Shown: positions 12,883 to 24,254 of the stretch, one piece after another | Position numbering within the stretch: the stretch's first letter is position 1 | How the letters are laid out: every line of letters begins with the position of its first letter | Assembly: GCF_028641065.1 (NCBI RefSeq) | Contig: NC_073394.1 | Location: 29,388,001-29,452,000 of the forward strand | DNA: 64,000 nt | Direction: 5' to 3' | From: Leucoraja erinacea | Lineage: Eukaryota | Position numbers and translations under genes: made by a program | The notes under the pieces: generated by a model | The model's input: the letters and a program-made list of their open reading frames with translations, nothing else | The model's database searches: none | What the model was told of the DNA's origin: nothing

Positions 12883-13300
12883 ATCTCTATACTTATAAAA
12901 CTCTGATCTTGGATGTGTATTTATTTGTTTGTGCGTAATCACAACCGCAAAAAAACGTGGCAGTAACGGTAAAATGGTTATATATTCCGGTAGAGATTTT
13001 TCCTGCTGAATCCATAATTGCCTTATCTAAAAATTTCAGGCTTTATTTCGCGAGTTATTACTGAAAATGGGTGTCGGTAAAGATGAAAAATAGAACCCAG
13101 GGAGTCACAGTGGGAGTGGTCCTTTTGGAATGAAAAGGAAGAGGAACGATTCAATGATACTTTCAATGATTCTCGGTATAGTGAATATTTTTGATTTTGC
13201 ATACAATCCGGTAAAATCATACAGCAAACTTCACCAAGACAAAGAGTCGCCACATTTCTGGCACCAACAAAGTTTCTAAACTGCTTAACTTCTCGCAGCA
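12883..13300 (+). mobile_element. Possible Helitron-like non-autonomous element, 5' part
   Basis: Begins A|TCTCTATACTTATAAAA, resembling Helitron-type 5' ends; no hairpin-CTAG 3' end seen. Confidence 0.3.
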
Positions 13301-13343
13301 GCAAACCAGGCCTGTCCCCGCACCTGGCCGCAGACGGCCCACC

Positions 13344-13457
13344 GGGTCCCTCTTCGTTCTCAGCGGGCCCCTGCTGGGTCCCTCATTGTTCTCATTGGCC
13401 CCCTGCCGAGTCCCTCTTCATTTCCGGCTGTCCCCTGCTGGGTCCCTCTTTGTCTTC
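13344..13457. repeat. 32-bp minisatellite, about 3.5 diverged units
   Basis: G(G/A)GTCCCTC units start at 13344, 13376, 13408 and 13440. Confidence 0.85.
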
Positions 13458-13469
13458 ATCGGTGGAGAG

Positions 13470-14150
13470 AGGTATTTTGTGTCTGACGGTGGAAGGTGAT
13501 GATAATTTTGGACAATAACTTCCTTGCACAAAGAGGATGGTGGGGTGGAAGGCAACAACAACAGGAGCCCTGTCTGTGCCCTAGAGGAGCTGAGAACAGG
13601 AGTGCGTGGAATGGAACTGGTGCAGGTGAGCGCACTGTCAACTGTGTCAGATGGCTTGCCACGGTTAAGGAAAAAACAAGGACATCTCAGAAACACTTGC
13701 CTGGAAAGCGTGCTAATTTGAACAGAAATAATGGAGCTGGGGAGACTGCAAGAATAGAATAGAGGTGTTACAGTTACGGTAGCTGTGGGAGTCTGAAGGA
13801 TTGAGATATGGAATAGTCATTAATCCATCCCGGGTCAGGCAGCAACTCTGGATAAAAAGGATGGGCAACATTTCTTCAAGACACTACTTTCAGACCGAAG
13901 AAGGGTCCCAACCCGAATCATCACCCATCCTTTTTTTCCAGAGATATTGCCTGACCCGCTAAGTTACTCAAGCACTTTTTGTCTATCTTCGGTATAAACC
14001 AACATCTGAAGATCATTTCTACACGATTCTACAGATGAAGGAGGAATCGTTTCACGCGAGAGTGCGTTTGGCCAAGTGGGGAAAGGGTGGCGGTGGAAGA
14101 CGTCTGTTTAGGGTGCTTCAAGAAGATCCACCACCACTCCTTCAATTACA
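13470..14150 (-). mobile_element. Old Penelope-like ORF remnant with a nested pLTR fold-back (about 13830-14023)
   Basis: Reverse remnants resemble the region upstream of the PLE endonuclease (..IVQNYHHL..); fold-back arms with decayed hammerheads. Confidence 0.5.
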
Positions 14151-14304
14151 CAGGCAGCAGTGAGAAGAACAAGTAGATGCAAATATATGGAAGATATCAC
14201 AACGTAATATCTTGCAGCTAACACATGCAATCAGTGTGGTCAATGGAGAGCACTTGGCATGATTGCAGAGCCGACTGATTTTGAACTTAATATTTCTTTT
14301 TGTA

Positions 14305-14495
14305 AATCTGAAATTAAAAGTGTGGTATTAGTAAGAGCGACTATGAAATGGTTGATATTTTGTAAAACTACCTGACGGTGTCAGATCCTGGCCATGTGAT
14401 CTGTGTTATGACTTCAGCCCTCAGCCCAGCAGCCCAGTCAGTTCGGAACAGCTGGAGATGGGCATTAAATCCCTGCCTCGTACATTGCCAGGATA
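14305..14495 (+). mobile_element. Ancient SINE relic (LF-SINE-like family, as at 43160)
   Basis: GACTATGAAA...GTAAAACTACCTGACGGT and GATGGGCATTAAAT tail motif. Confidence 0.4.
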
Positions 14496-16114
14496 TGTAA
14501 GCCTCTGATAAAATATTTAGTAAAGAATGCACGAAAGCAAGTGATATAAATGAAAGATCTTACTCTTTGATACGATCAAAGCAAAAGAAAAAATAATTTG
14601 AGGGAACTCAACAGTCTAAAAAGGTGGGCAAATGTCTTAGATGCACATACATCAAGCACTGCCTAATCTAAATACCAGAAGTTTAATTAATTTTAAAGTA
14701 GAGGGCATGCACTGACCTACACCAATTGAGTCCTTAATATCTAACATTTTATATAACTGACACACATGCAGTGTCTTTACATTTTTTAATAGAATTTGAA
14801 GAACAATGACAACTGTTTATGGGAAGCTCTCCAATGAATTGTAAGCAATGCTATAAAAATATAAACAGGATAAGTTTTTTTTTTAAATCAAGATTTATCT
14901 CATATTTTTACCAACAATAAATGTGTTTTCTCTGCCCTGGTTCAGGCATCATTATTCTGTGATACACAAACATATTTGTAACTGAAGACAGCAACCACTA
15001 GTTGGAGTTGCTTGGAATTTGCAGATCTCAGATTCATATTTGTCACATCATCCGTTACATCTTGACACCGCCCACCAAGCACATGCACCGAGTGAATGTC
15101 CAGCCTAAGTCCCACATTTCGGGTATTGGCTACAGCTTTGCAAGAAGCACCACAAGAAGCACCACGCGCGTCTCTATGGAATATTTAAGCATAATGGTGG
15201 CTTTTAACTCTGCCACCCCTTTCCTCAGCAAGTTGTAGACATCTATCACCCACTCATTCATCTTCAAATTCCTTTATTTCTCTTCCCGTGGTTACTGTGC
15301 ACCACATTAAAGGGAAAGGCGGTTGAAACAAGGAACTACAGATGCTGCTTAACACAAAAGGACATAACACATAATCTATCCATGTTCTCCAGAGATATAC
15401 CATATTGATTGTAAGGATCCAGTTTTAACAATATATATGTATATTGTATATATATAGTATAAATTGTATAGTTTGCATAATTGTATGCATCTTAATTAAA
15501 CCATCCCTTGGCTTCCTGTTCCAAAGTAAACAAATCCATCTGTACAGTCTTTCCTCGTGCCCAAATTTCTCAAGTTCTCTCATTTTAACATGTCATGAGC
15601 CTCCTTAACTCGATCATATACTCCCTGTAACGTAATGGCCTTATCTGTATGCTTAAATCCATCTATGATCTAATTGGTATCTGCACAACTCGTTCATGGC
15701 CTCTCTGCTTCATCTAACAATGGATATGTATTCCACGTGCCTTCTAAACCACCCACCTTATTGACATGTCCGGTGGACAGACCGCTTCAAGATCGCTCTG
15801 ATGTTTTCTGATGTCTCTGCGTTCTAATATTAGTTTTGTGTACCTTTACATTGCTTCACATCCCCACATGCATAAACTTGCAGCTCTGCTCCTTCTGTTT
15901 GCCAGTTTTCTGTGTACCGGGCCAGTTTATTAAGTAAGCATCCATAAAGTTTGCAACTTGTCTCTATATCACGTAACTGCAAACATCTTGATCGTCCGCC
16001 TGACATTCACTGTATAGATATATAAACAATCTGATGTGAATGGATAGCAGGCAAAACAATGCTTTTCACAGTTCCTCTGTGCACGGGAGAAAAATAAAGC
16101 TAAACCTAAACATT

Positions 16115-16254
16115 GTGTGAGGAGGAACTGCAGATGCTGGTTCACAGCGAAGTTAGACGGAAAATGTTGGAGTAACTCGGTGGGTCAGGCGACATCCTTG
16201 GAGAAAGGTTTTCTCCAGAGATGCTACGTGACCCGCCGCGTTACTCTAGCATTT
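16115..16254. mobile_element. Penelope pLTR-derived fold-back insertion, hammerhead region deleted, 14-bp TSD
   Basis: Arms meet at GGAGAAAGGTTTTCTCC; TAAACC(T/G)AAACATT at 16101-16114 and 16255-16268. Confidence 0.75.
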
Positions 16255-16954
16255 TAAACCGAAACATTACTTTCCTTAAGTGGACACAGAATGCTGGAGT
16301 AACTCCTGGGTTCCCTGGTGCCTGGACTGAGATGCCACATGATAGCGGGTCTCAGTTCCTCCACATTCCGGGAGTGATTCGGGCCTCAATCGCCCCGCTC
16401 CCAGAGTGATGACAGACTTCAGTCCAGGAGTGATGTGTGAGTCTGTCTCCACAGTCCCGGGGCGCTGTCCGGCCCACATTGAAGGCGACGTGGAATGAGG
16501 TTTGGGTATTTAATTTAAAATGTGCAAACACGCGCAAATAAACTTCGTCTAGGTTACATTTAAACTGTAGAAAGTGTTGATTTTATCACAATCTTCGTAA
16601 AGCACGACTCGCATTCCCAGACAGGGAGACATAGTCACAGCCACCTTTTATTTCTGTTGCTGTGATCAATAAAACGCTCTCATACTTAAATTTAACTGCA
16701 CGCCAGTTGTTTGTCAAACGCGAATATAGATGGCAATTTGCCGACAATTAAGCCCTATAAATAACTATGTGTACCCTGAATTGCCTCTTACTGCTCGGGC
16801 TAAAGCCTTTAAAACTGTGAGCGCGCACAGTACGTTTCTCAGCCTTAGTTGCGTCCCAATCCTACAAGTCAGCACAACTGTGTTACTGCCGTTACTGTTA
16901 CAATCCAAATAACAACGCCACGGTACGGATACAATCGTCGAGGTCATAGCGTCA

Positions 16955-17290
16955 TAGTCATATAGTGATACAAGTTCAGCCTAACTTGCCCACACCGACC
17001 AACATGTACCATCTATCTACACACTGATCCCATCTGCCTGCGTTTGGTCCATATCCCTCTAAACCTGTCCTATCCAGGTACCAGTCTAATTGCTTCTTAA
17101 ACGTTGCGATCGTCCCTGCCTCATCCGGCAGCTCATTCCATGCACCCACCGCGTGTGAAAATTCCTATAAAATCAGATTCCTCAGATTCCTATAACATCT
17201 TCACCCCCTTCACCTTAAACGTATACCCTCCGCTCTCGATTCCCCAACTCTGGGCAAGAGACTCTGTGCGTCTAGCCGATCTATTATTCA
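16955..17290 (-). mobile_element. CR1 3' end remnant
   Basis: Reverse of the CR1 C-terminus and 3' UTR with a (TATGAC)-type tail. Confidence 0.65.
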
Positions 17291-17774
17291 CCTAAAATCA
17301 TTATAATGCAATTAAAAACCACACAGAGATCAGCGTGACACTGCCCTTGACAGAGAGAAATTACTGGCAAATGTCATCCGCAGCTACCGACCGGGTGCCT
17401 TTGAACAACTCCGGGGTAGCATCAGGTGTTCCCACCAACAGATCTGCGGCTCAAGTTTATTTTAAGAGAAACTTCAAACAAGTTCGCTGGCAGTGCAGTC
17501 AACAAATGTTCCCCGTTTCCAATCTGAAAACAATGTATATATAAACACAATTATGAACAGGCGGGTGGGCACTGGGTTTGGCCATGGCAAGACCAATTCA
17601 CATATTTCAGAACTAAGTAAACAGCAGCAATTTCACTTTTCACTTGCAGTTGTGCAGATTGAAGTTGTGCCTCCAGCCATCCAACACTCCAGGTCTGAGC
17701 ACAGTAGCCCAGTGTGAGGCTCACTCTGGCTCTTTATTCGCTTTACTTAATGCAAGGATAAACAGGGAGCTCAC

Positions 17775-17925
17775 CGCGTCCGTAGGCTAGGTGCAGTTTT
17801 AGTGCTCTGCCACTCTTGAGCACCGCGATGTGCAGGTATGTGAACCAGATGCCGAATGTGAGTAGGACGAGCAGCAGAAGCAGTTTGAACTGTTTGCGGA
17901 TCTTCTTGAGTGGGAAGCGCCACAT
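17775..17925 (-). CDS. B4GALNT4: First coding exon of beta-1,4-N-acetylgalactosaminyltransferase 4 (type II Golgi membrane protein; cytoplasmic tail plus TM anchor). Remaining exons lie left of the window.
   Basis: MWRFPLKKIRKQFKLLLLLVLLTFGIWFTYLHIAVLKSGRALKLHLAYGR aligns without gaps to the recalled human N-terminus [50 protein letters not shown]. 50 codons plus 1 nt, then donor G|GTGAGC at 17774. Lies in a CpG island. Confidence 0.93.
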
Positions 17926-18510
17926 CCTTTCAGTGCGGTAGCAGCCGCCGCCGAGAGCCCATCTCCCTCTGCGCTGCCAGTGAGGGCTGGGAGGGTGTCG
18001 GAGACACAAACACACACAAAGAGAGGGAGACTGCACTGAGAGATCCCTATCCCTGGGCACCCACCCACCCCAGTTGTCCCCTTCACAACCGCCGCCACAT
18101 CTTCAAAGCGGAGCCCGCCCCGTCGTTCAGTCCAAAGCGGCAGGCAAGGCCGGTCATTGGCGAGCCGGTTGCATTGCTCTCCGTGCTGGGGTGCGCGATG
18201 ACCTGTCTCCCTCCCTGCCTGCCTTGGCGGCCGGCGGCGGCGGCAACGATGAGCGGAGACGGCGGGGTTGCTGCTGCCTGTGCCGGGCTCGCAGTCGCCC
18301 TACTGCACGGGCGGCAGCGGCGGACTCCCGCCACCGCGCAACCTAGCATGCCTCGCGCTCCGGGCCAAGGGCAGGCGGCCGCCGCCGCCAGCCAATCGCC
18401 CGCCCGCTCTCGCCTGTTGGCAAGCGCACCAACCAATTGGAACGCAGGGAGGGCGGGATCAGGGCCGCCAGCAGGTTAGGTTGAGCTCAGATTCAGCACG
18501 GTGACAGCAA
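17926..18510 (-). promoter_or_regulatory. CpG island: B4GALNT4 5' UTR and TATA-less promoter
   Basis: Very high GC and CpG density; CCAAT at 18392-18396; palindromic CCAATTGG at 18433-18440; GC box GGGCGG at 18451-18456. Confidence 0.85.
17930..17962 (-). promoter_or_regulatory. Upstream ORF MGSRRRLLPH* ending 4 nt before the B4GALNT4 start codon
   Basis: GAGATGG strong Kozak context at 17962; TGA at 17932-17930. Confidence 0.6.
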
Positions 18511-19699
18511 CTACCTAAAGGATCGTACCACTGACTCACTGATAGGGGGAACAAGCCCTTGCACAGCCCCACATTCAACTTCACTTACAAATCCCATTTT
18601 GAAACCTAATTGCATTTTAAATCGCCTCCCAAATTTGTTTAAGCCATACATATTTTACCAACTGCATGGTGTTGGAAGTTGCAGATGGATGCACAATAGA
18701 GATAATTACTCGGGGAAACTCCGTGCTTTGCAAAACAAAACACAAATCATTAAACTTGTCCAAGGGTGAGCGCGTCATTTAAAAATAAACTATTGCAACC
18801 GAATTTAACAAATGAAGTGTTTATTAAGATTGAGCGTGCAAGTTATGTGCAGGCAATGGTGGAAATATATATATATTTTTTAAATTTTGGGCTACTGTCT
18901 CTATTGGGGAGTGGCATCTTTTTCGTGAGGGGATAGTGTAGAAAGGAGGAAAGGAAGAACTACAGGTGATAATTTCCCCCACAGTGAGATCCATTGCAAA
19001 TACTTCCGCGGTGGGTTTCGATGGAATATCGTAATTAATGCAACATTTTCCAGCAAACCCGTTGGAACAATGAGATTAAAAGTGACAGCCTGCTGCATGC
19101 AGCCTGCATAAGGAAAGCTGTCAATGGAGCATTTGTGGAATTAAGCCCAACCACGATTATAAATGCATTTGAGACGACCTGTTGTCAGAATAACGCATTT
19201 GAAGTTAAAACGCAACATTCGTGAAACATCTTTATTCGAAATATGAAGCTTCAATCTCCAAAAAATCTGACAAAGACAACATGAAGAATGAAAAGTTTCG
19301 GAACAGAATTCAAGCGAATGCATCGTGGATCTCTTATCTGCAAAACTAGTGTAGTTTCATTTGTGCCTCTTTCATTTGTTTTGCTCGTGGTGGCATTGTA
19401 GCGAGTGATATAACGCACTGCACACAAATACTTATTTTTCATTGTTTTTAGAAACCGGGCAATGAGATAAATCTGCTTCCCGGTTCGGTGGTCGCAAACG
19501 TGCAGCATCCCATGAGATCACTCGTGGAAGAGTGGAAATGCCACTTATTAATTGAAGATTTAATAAAAGCTTTAAAAGACAGTGGTTCCATGGTGCTTTA
19601 TTGTCACATGTGTGAAGCGCAAACCCACAGTGAAATTATTTTCTTACAGGCAGTTCTGTAGATAATTGCCATACCGGCTGGCAGTTGTACAGAAATAGC

Positions 19700-20420
19700 G
19701 CAAAGTGGCTGGAGGAGTCAGTTCATCCTTTCCCACCCAACCCGCCCCACGTACCTTCCCTGCAAGAGGTGTGACGCCGATAACACCCGCACCTCCTCTC
19801 TCACGTCCATCCAGGTTCTCCAAGTTCTTTTTCAGGCGAGTCAGAGGTTCACTTGCATCTCTCCCAAACTTGTTGATCGCATTTGATACTCTCAAAGCGG
19901 CTTCCTCTAAACTGTGAGTCCAAGCGCTGACCAGGCAACCATTTCACTGAACACGTCTTCAGTCCACCATGGCCTGCTGGAGCTCGCAGTTGCTAACCAT
20001 TTTCATCTTCCCATTTTCCCATGCCAACCTTTCATATTAACTTTGGGCTGGTTTATTATTAGAGTGAGACCACACACAAACTATGTGGGTAACTCACAAC
20101 CCAACAGAATGAACATTGAATTCTCCCATTTCAAGCCAAACTCTCCTACCCCCAACTCCTTTCGTCACCCCATCCCTAGTGTTCACACATTCCTCCCACG
20201 ATCTCCCACTACCCCAGTCACCATGCCTCGTTCCCCTCCATTTGATCCAGCTCTCCCATCGCCCTCACCCGGGCTTTACATTTCAAATCTCCTCCTCTTT
20301 CCTTATTTCACACTCCTTTGTAACCTTTTCATCTCTAGCCCTTGTCGCATAGTCCACCCATCTGCCAACAACCCACCCAACCCCCCTCTCACCTGTATCC
20401 ACCTATCACTTTCCAGCCCA

Positions 20421-20451
<31 letters not shown>

Positions 20452-20570
20452 CTCTTTTCCAGCTTTGTCCTCACTACTCCAACTGGTCCGGACCCGAAAC
20501 CTCGTCTATCATCTCTGCAGAAGCTGCCTGACACGTTGAGTTCCTCCAGCACTTTGTTTCTTACTCAAGA
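19700..20570 (+). mobile_element. Decayed Penelope-like element 3' part (GIY-YIG remnant, pyrimidine-rich UTR, pLTR remnant)
   Basis: Remnants GTF-like/RFTCISPNL, VANHF and PNRMNIEFSHFK; poly-C at 20423-20450; GACCCGAAAC remnant. Confidence 0.7.
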
Positions 20571-21711
20571 TTATTTTGTCTGATGTCTGCTGGTGACCCT
20601 CATTCCCGCCAACTCCGGACCGCAGACAACCCTCCGTGAATTACCCTACCATAGTTACCCAACCAGATGCAACTACATTTAAGGTAGCTCTTTCTTCCCC
20701 CAAACTCTTTCTAGCTTAAGTCCTCCCTCCACCACCTCCAATTTAAATTCCATTTGGAATATTTTAGAGGACCAAGAAGCCAAGAAACCGTACTCTTCGC
20801 TCGGACAAGGAGCAAGGAATCCGGCTCCTACAGTCAATAATCTAAGGTACACTTTGAACAACATTGGAAAGTGACTATAATAATTATAGATGAATTGCAA
20901 TAATTTCGACCACACTGCATAAAATGCAGGCTGGGCAAAAGTAGTATTTATTGTCGCATGTACAATCGTGGAGTCAATTGAACACATTGGTCACAATGCC
21001 AGCAGTAATGTTTATTCGGTTAAAATAACTGTCGGAGTACTCCGGACTTCGTTCATCTTGCCTATCCCCACACGAGCAGACGGGCACAGAGTGCTGGAGT
21101 AACTCAACAGGTCAGGCAGCACCTCTGGAAAACATGCATAGGGTAGAGACCATCCTTTTGTTTCTTCACCAGCATTTTTGCAGTTTCCCGTTCCCACAGG
21201 AACAGTCCTGGGTTCCGAATGCAGCCACAAGAGACTGCAGATGCGGGAACGTCGAGCAAAAAAACAAACTGCCGGAGGGTCTCGGCGGGTCAGGCAGCAT
21301 CTCGATGCTTGTAGCTTTCCACAGGTGCAGCCCGACCCCACTGAGTTCCTGCAGCACTCTGTGTCCACAATGCTGCCTGCCACTGCTATTTCCGGGGGCG
21401 TATTGCTTGCATGATGTTGGCGATTAAAATGCCTGGTACACTTCCACTTACCGCGCCCGCTCCCTTTCATTTACTCCATAGAAACAAATGAGAGTCTTTC
21501 GCCGGAGTCGCTAGAGCGAAAAACACCACGTTTATTTACCTCAACACCATACAATTAAACAAGCACAAGCGCTCACAAAGTGACGCTGCAACTGACGAGG
21601 CTCGTCGGTATTGTATTGACACCTGCCGGTATCGTGGAGCGATGCTGAGCTGCACCGATCCGAGCGCTGCCAGACCCAAGGTGTGAAGTACAGATCAGTC
21701 CGCCTAGACTA

Positions 21712-22335
21712 GACCTACCTGATCTCCCGGTTGCCAAACACGTTAACTCCCACTCCCATTCCCACACTGACCTTTCTGTCCTGGGCCTCCTCCACTGTCA
21801 GTGAAGCCCAACGCAAATTGGAGGAACAGCACCTCATATTTCGTCTGAAGAAGGGTCTCGACCCGAAACGTCACTCATTCCTTCTCTCCAGATTGCTGAG
21901 GTTACTCCAGCGTTTTTTTTGTATATCTTCGGTTTAAACCAGCATCTGCAGTTCCTCTTTGCATATTTAGCTTGTGCAGCTTACAACTCAGCGGTATGAA
22001 TATCGACTCCTCTAACTTCATATAACCCTTGTTTTCCCTCTCTGTCCATTCCTCCCCCATCCTAGTTCTCCAACCAGTCCGACTGTCCTCCTGATTAAAT
22101 TTTATCTTTGTGTGCTTTGTTGTCACCTTTCCCTAGTTACCAATGATCTACATTTTCCCTGAGCTTTGTTCCCCCTTGTGTCTCATTTTCACACCTTACC
22201 CTTCCATATATCTGTGTCTCCCTCTCCCCGACTCTCAGTCTGAAGAAGGGTCTCAACCCAGAAAAGTCATCAAATTCCTTCTATCCAGAGATATCGCGTG
22301 TCCCGTTGAGCTACTCCAGCATTTTGTGCATCTCT
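21712..22335 (+). mobile_element. Penelope-like 3' end with a nested pLTR/hammerhead insertion
   Basis: PDLPVAKH..SHSHTDLSVLGLLHC and AQRKLEEQHLIFR are interrupted at 21843 and resume near 21962 (SGMNIDSSNF); second, degenerate hammerhead at 22240. Confidence 0.85.
21843..21874 (+). ncRNA. Minimal type I hammerhead ribozyme motif, core intact
   Basis: GT-CTGAAGA-A-GGGT(CTCG)ACCC-GAAA-CGTC|AC; predicted cleavage after 21872. Confidence 0.75.
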
Positions 22336-22475
22336 TTGGACAGCAATGGACCTGTGTGGTGCCTTTAAACCATACTCCCACTAACTTTGGGGAAAAGTTA
22401 CCCAACCATATTTGACATCCAATCACATAAAAAGAAATGCCATTGACCAAAGCTTCATCTGTGAAACGTGGTTTA

Positions 22476-23200
22476 AGGACAAGGACAAGGACAGAGGACA
22501 TTTATTGCCACGTAAACATAAAAACATCCCCCCACAATGGTTCCCACTGTGAGGGAAGGCACAAAGTCTAGTGCTCTTCCCCTTGTTCACCCATGGTCGG
22601 GCCCGATGTTACAGGCCCTCTCGCCGGATGATGGAGCTCCGAGGTTGGGAGAACACTCTCAGCAGCTTGGGGTGTCTGGAACGGCCGCCACTTACCCGAG
22701 ACCGCGGTTCCGGAAGTCCACTGGCCGCGCTGGTTGGAGCTCCGACACTGTCAACCTCGGCGAGAGATCCCAAGCTCCGTGGTGTTTGAAAGTCAGCACC
22801 GCCGCGGCTGGACGCTCCGCAACGACAGCTCCGTGATGTTGGAGTCGGCGGTCACAGCACTCCAGAGCTTACCACGCGGCGACCCTTGGCAAGTCATCGC
22901 CCGCTCCGCCATGGTGCTTGAGCGCTGCGCCACTGCCGGAGCTGAAGTTCTGGCCGGTCCCGGCAGGAAACGCCGCTCCTGTCCCATTGGTAGGCCGCAA
23001 GGAAGGGGCGAAGATGCGGCTCGGGGCAAACCACATCTCCGACCAGGTGGGGAGTGAGAAAAAAGTTTCCCCCCCCCCCCCCACACATAAAAAGAATAGA
23101 AAACCTCCAAAACAACACTTTTTAACATATTAAAAAAATTTTAAAAGCTGAAAAGGACAGGCAGCTGCAGGCTGGGCAGCCATACTCGACGGCATCCCCA
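22476..23200 (-). mobile_element. GC/CpG-rich non-coding retroelement with AATAAA and (TCCTTG)n tail
   Basis: Plus strand AAGGACAAGGACAAGGAC..CATTTATTGCCAC at the left end; abrupt compositional boundaries. Confidence 0.55.
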
Positions 23201-23324
23201 CAACATTTACTAACATAAGAAATAGGCCAAAAAAAGTAATGTGTAGGGAATGGTGGGATGTGGATAATGTGAAGACACTTGATATTAGTTTATCTTGGCA
23301 TGATGTTCACTACTGACATTACTT

Positions 23325-23610
23325 TAGACTTTAGAGAAACAGCCTAGGAACAGGCCCTTTGGCCCACCAAGTCCATGCCAACCAGTAATCACCCCGTACA
23401 CTAGCACTTTCCTACACACTGGGGACAATTTCTAATTCTACCAATGCCAATTAACTTACAAACCTCTATGTCTTTGGAGTGTGGGAGGAAACCAAAGCTC
23501 CCAGAGAAAACCCACACGGTCAAGGGAGAATATACAAACTCCGTGCAAACAGCACCCATAGTCAGGATCAAACCTGGGTCTCTGGCGCTATAAGGCAACA
23601 ATTCTACCAC
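23325..23610 (-). mobile_element. HE1-like V-SINE (duplicated at about 24810-25095)
   Basis: Reverse B box, V-domain and tail. Confidence 0.85.
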
Positions 23611-24254
23611 TAATTAGGGGTAGAAAGGCCTGTTCCTGTGCTCTACAGTTCTATGTTGTGTGGCTGATCTGATCTTGGTTTCAGCTCAATTTTCAGCAGG
23701 CAATTGTTTGCCAATTCACCAGAAAAAAATCTATCTTGGTTTCAAGTGTATTTTCAGCTTCCACCATACTTTGAAAAATTCCAAAGATTTAGGATCCTCT
23801 TGGCAACACAATCTCTCCTCACCTGCATGAGACACGGGTGGAAAAGGCCAAAGAGATTACCTTCATCATCACCACAAACAACATAATTAGTGGCTTTGGC
23901 AGGTGCTGCCTTGACCACTGTGATCGCTGTAAAAACCTGTGGCGAGATTCATATGATATTCTTGGGACATGGGGCAAGATTTTGGGAGGGGGCGAGAGGA
24001 CACAACAGCTTCAGGGGCTTTGAGGAAGTTACGGGTGCAAAGTTCCAATCTTTGTTATCTGCTCCATTGTCACCTCCTTTTCATTTGCACCATTATTATC
24101 TTTGTTTATCAATGCCTCATCAAAGATCTGACTTTTTTGAGAAATTGGAATTGGCACTGACTACCATTTTACCTCTCACATCAGTGCAAACATGACGCGA
24201 TAAACACAAGCAAAATTCCCCTCCAGTATACATTATTGTTGAAGATGCTTGGCG

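Noticed and set aside
13344-13457. Regularly spaced repeats resembling a CRISPR array
   Set aside because: Eukaryotic context; units are contiguous diverged 32-mers without unique spacers, and there are no cas genes
16400-16450. C-box-like GTGATGA and an 8-bp stem GACAGACT/AGTCTGTC as a C/D snoRNA
   Set aside because: No D box (CTGA) at a suitable distance, and it is antisense to the host intron
17743-18060. 105-aa ORF taken as the whole gene product
   Set aside because: Only 17925-17775 matches B4GALNT4; the rest is UTR from a non-ATG start and intron read-through
17910-18504. Long plus-strand Ala/Pro/Arg-rich ORFs (up to 189 aa) over the CpG island
   Set aside because: Expected from stop-codon scarcity in GC-rich DNA; no recognisable motif
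20423-20450. 28-nt poly-C (and poly-G at 57201-57227) as functional G-quadruplex sites
   Set aside because: Both are expansions in the Penelope pyrimidine-rich UTR, and homopolymer lengths are unreliable in assemblies
21591-21615. CTGACGAG as another hammerhead core
   Set aside because: No stem II-GAAA-NUH follows
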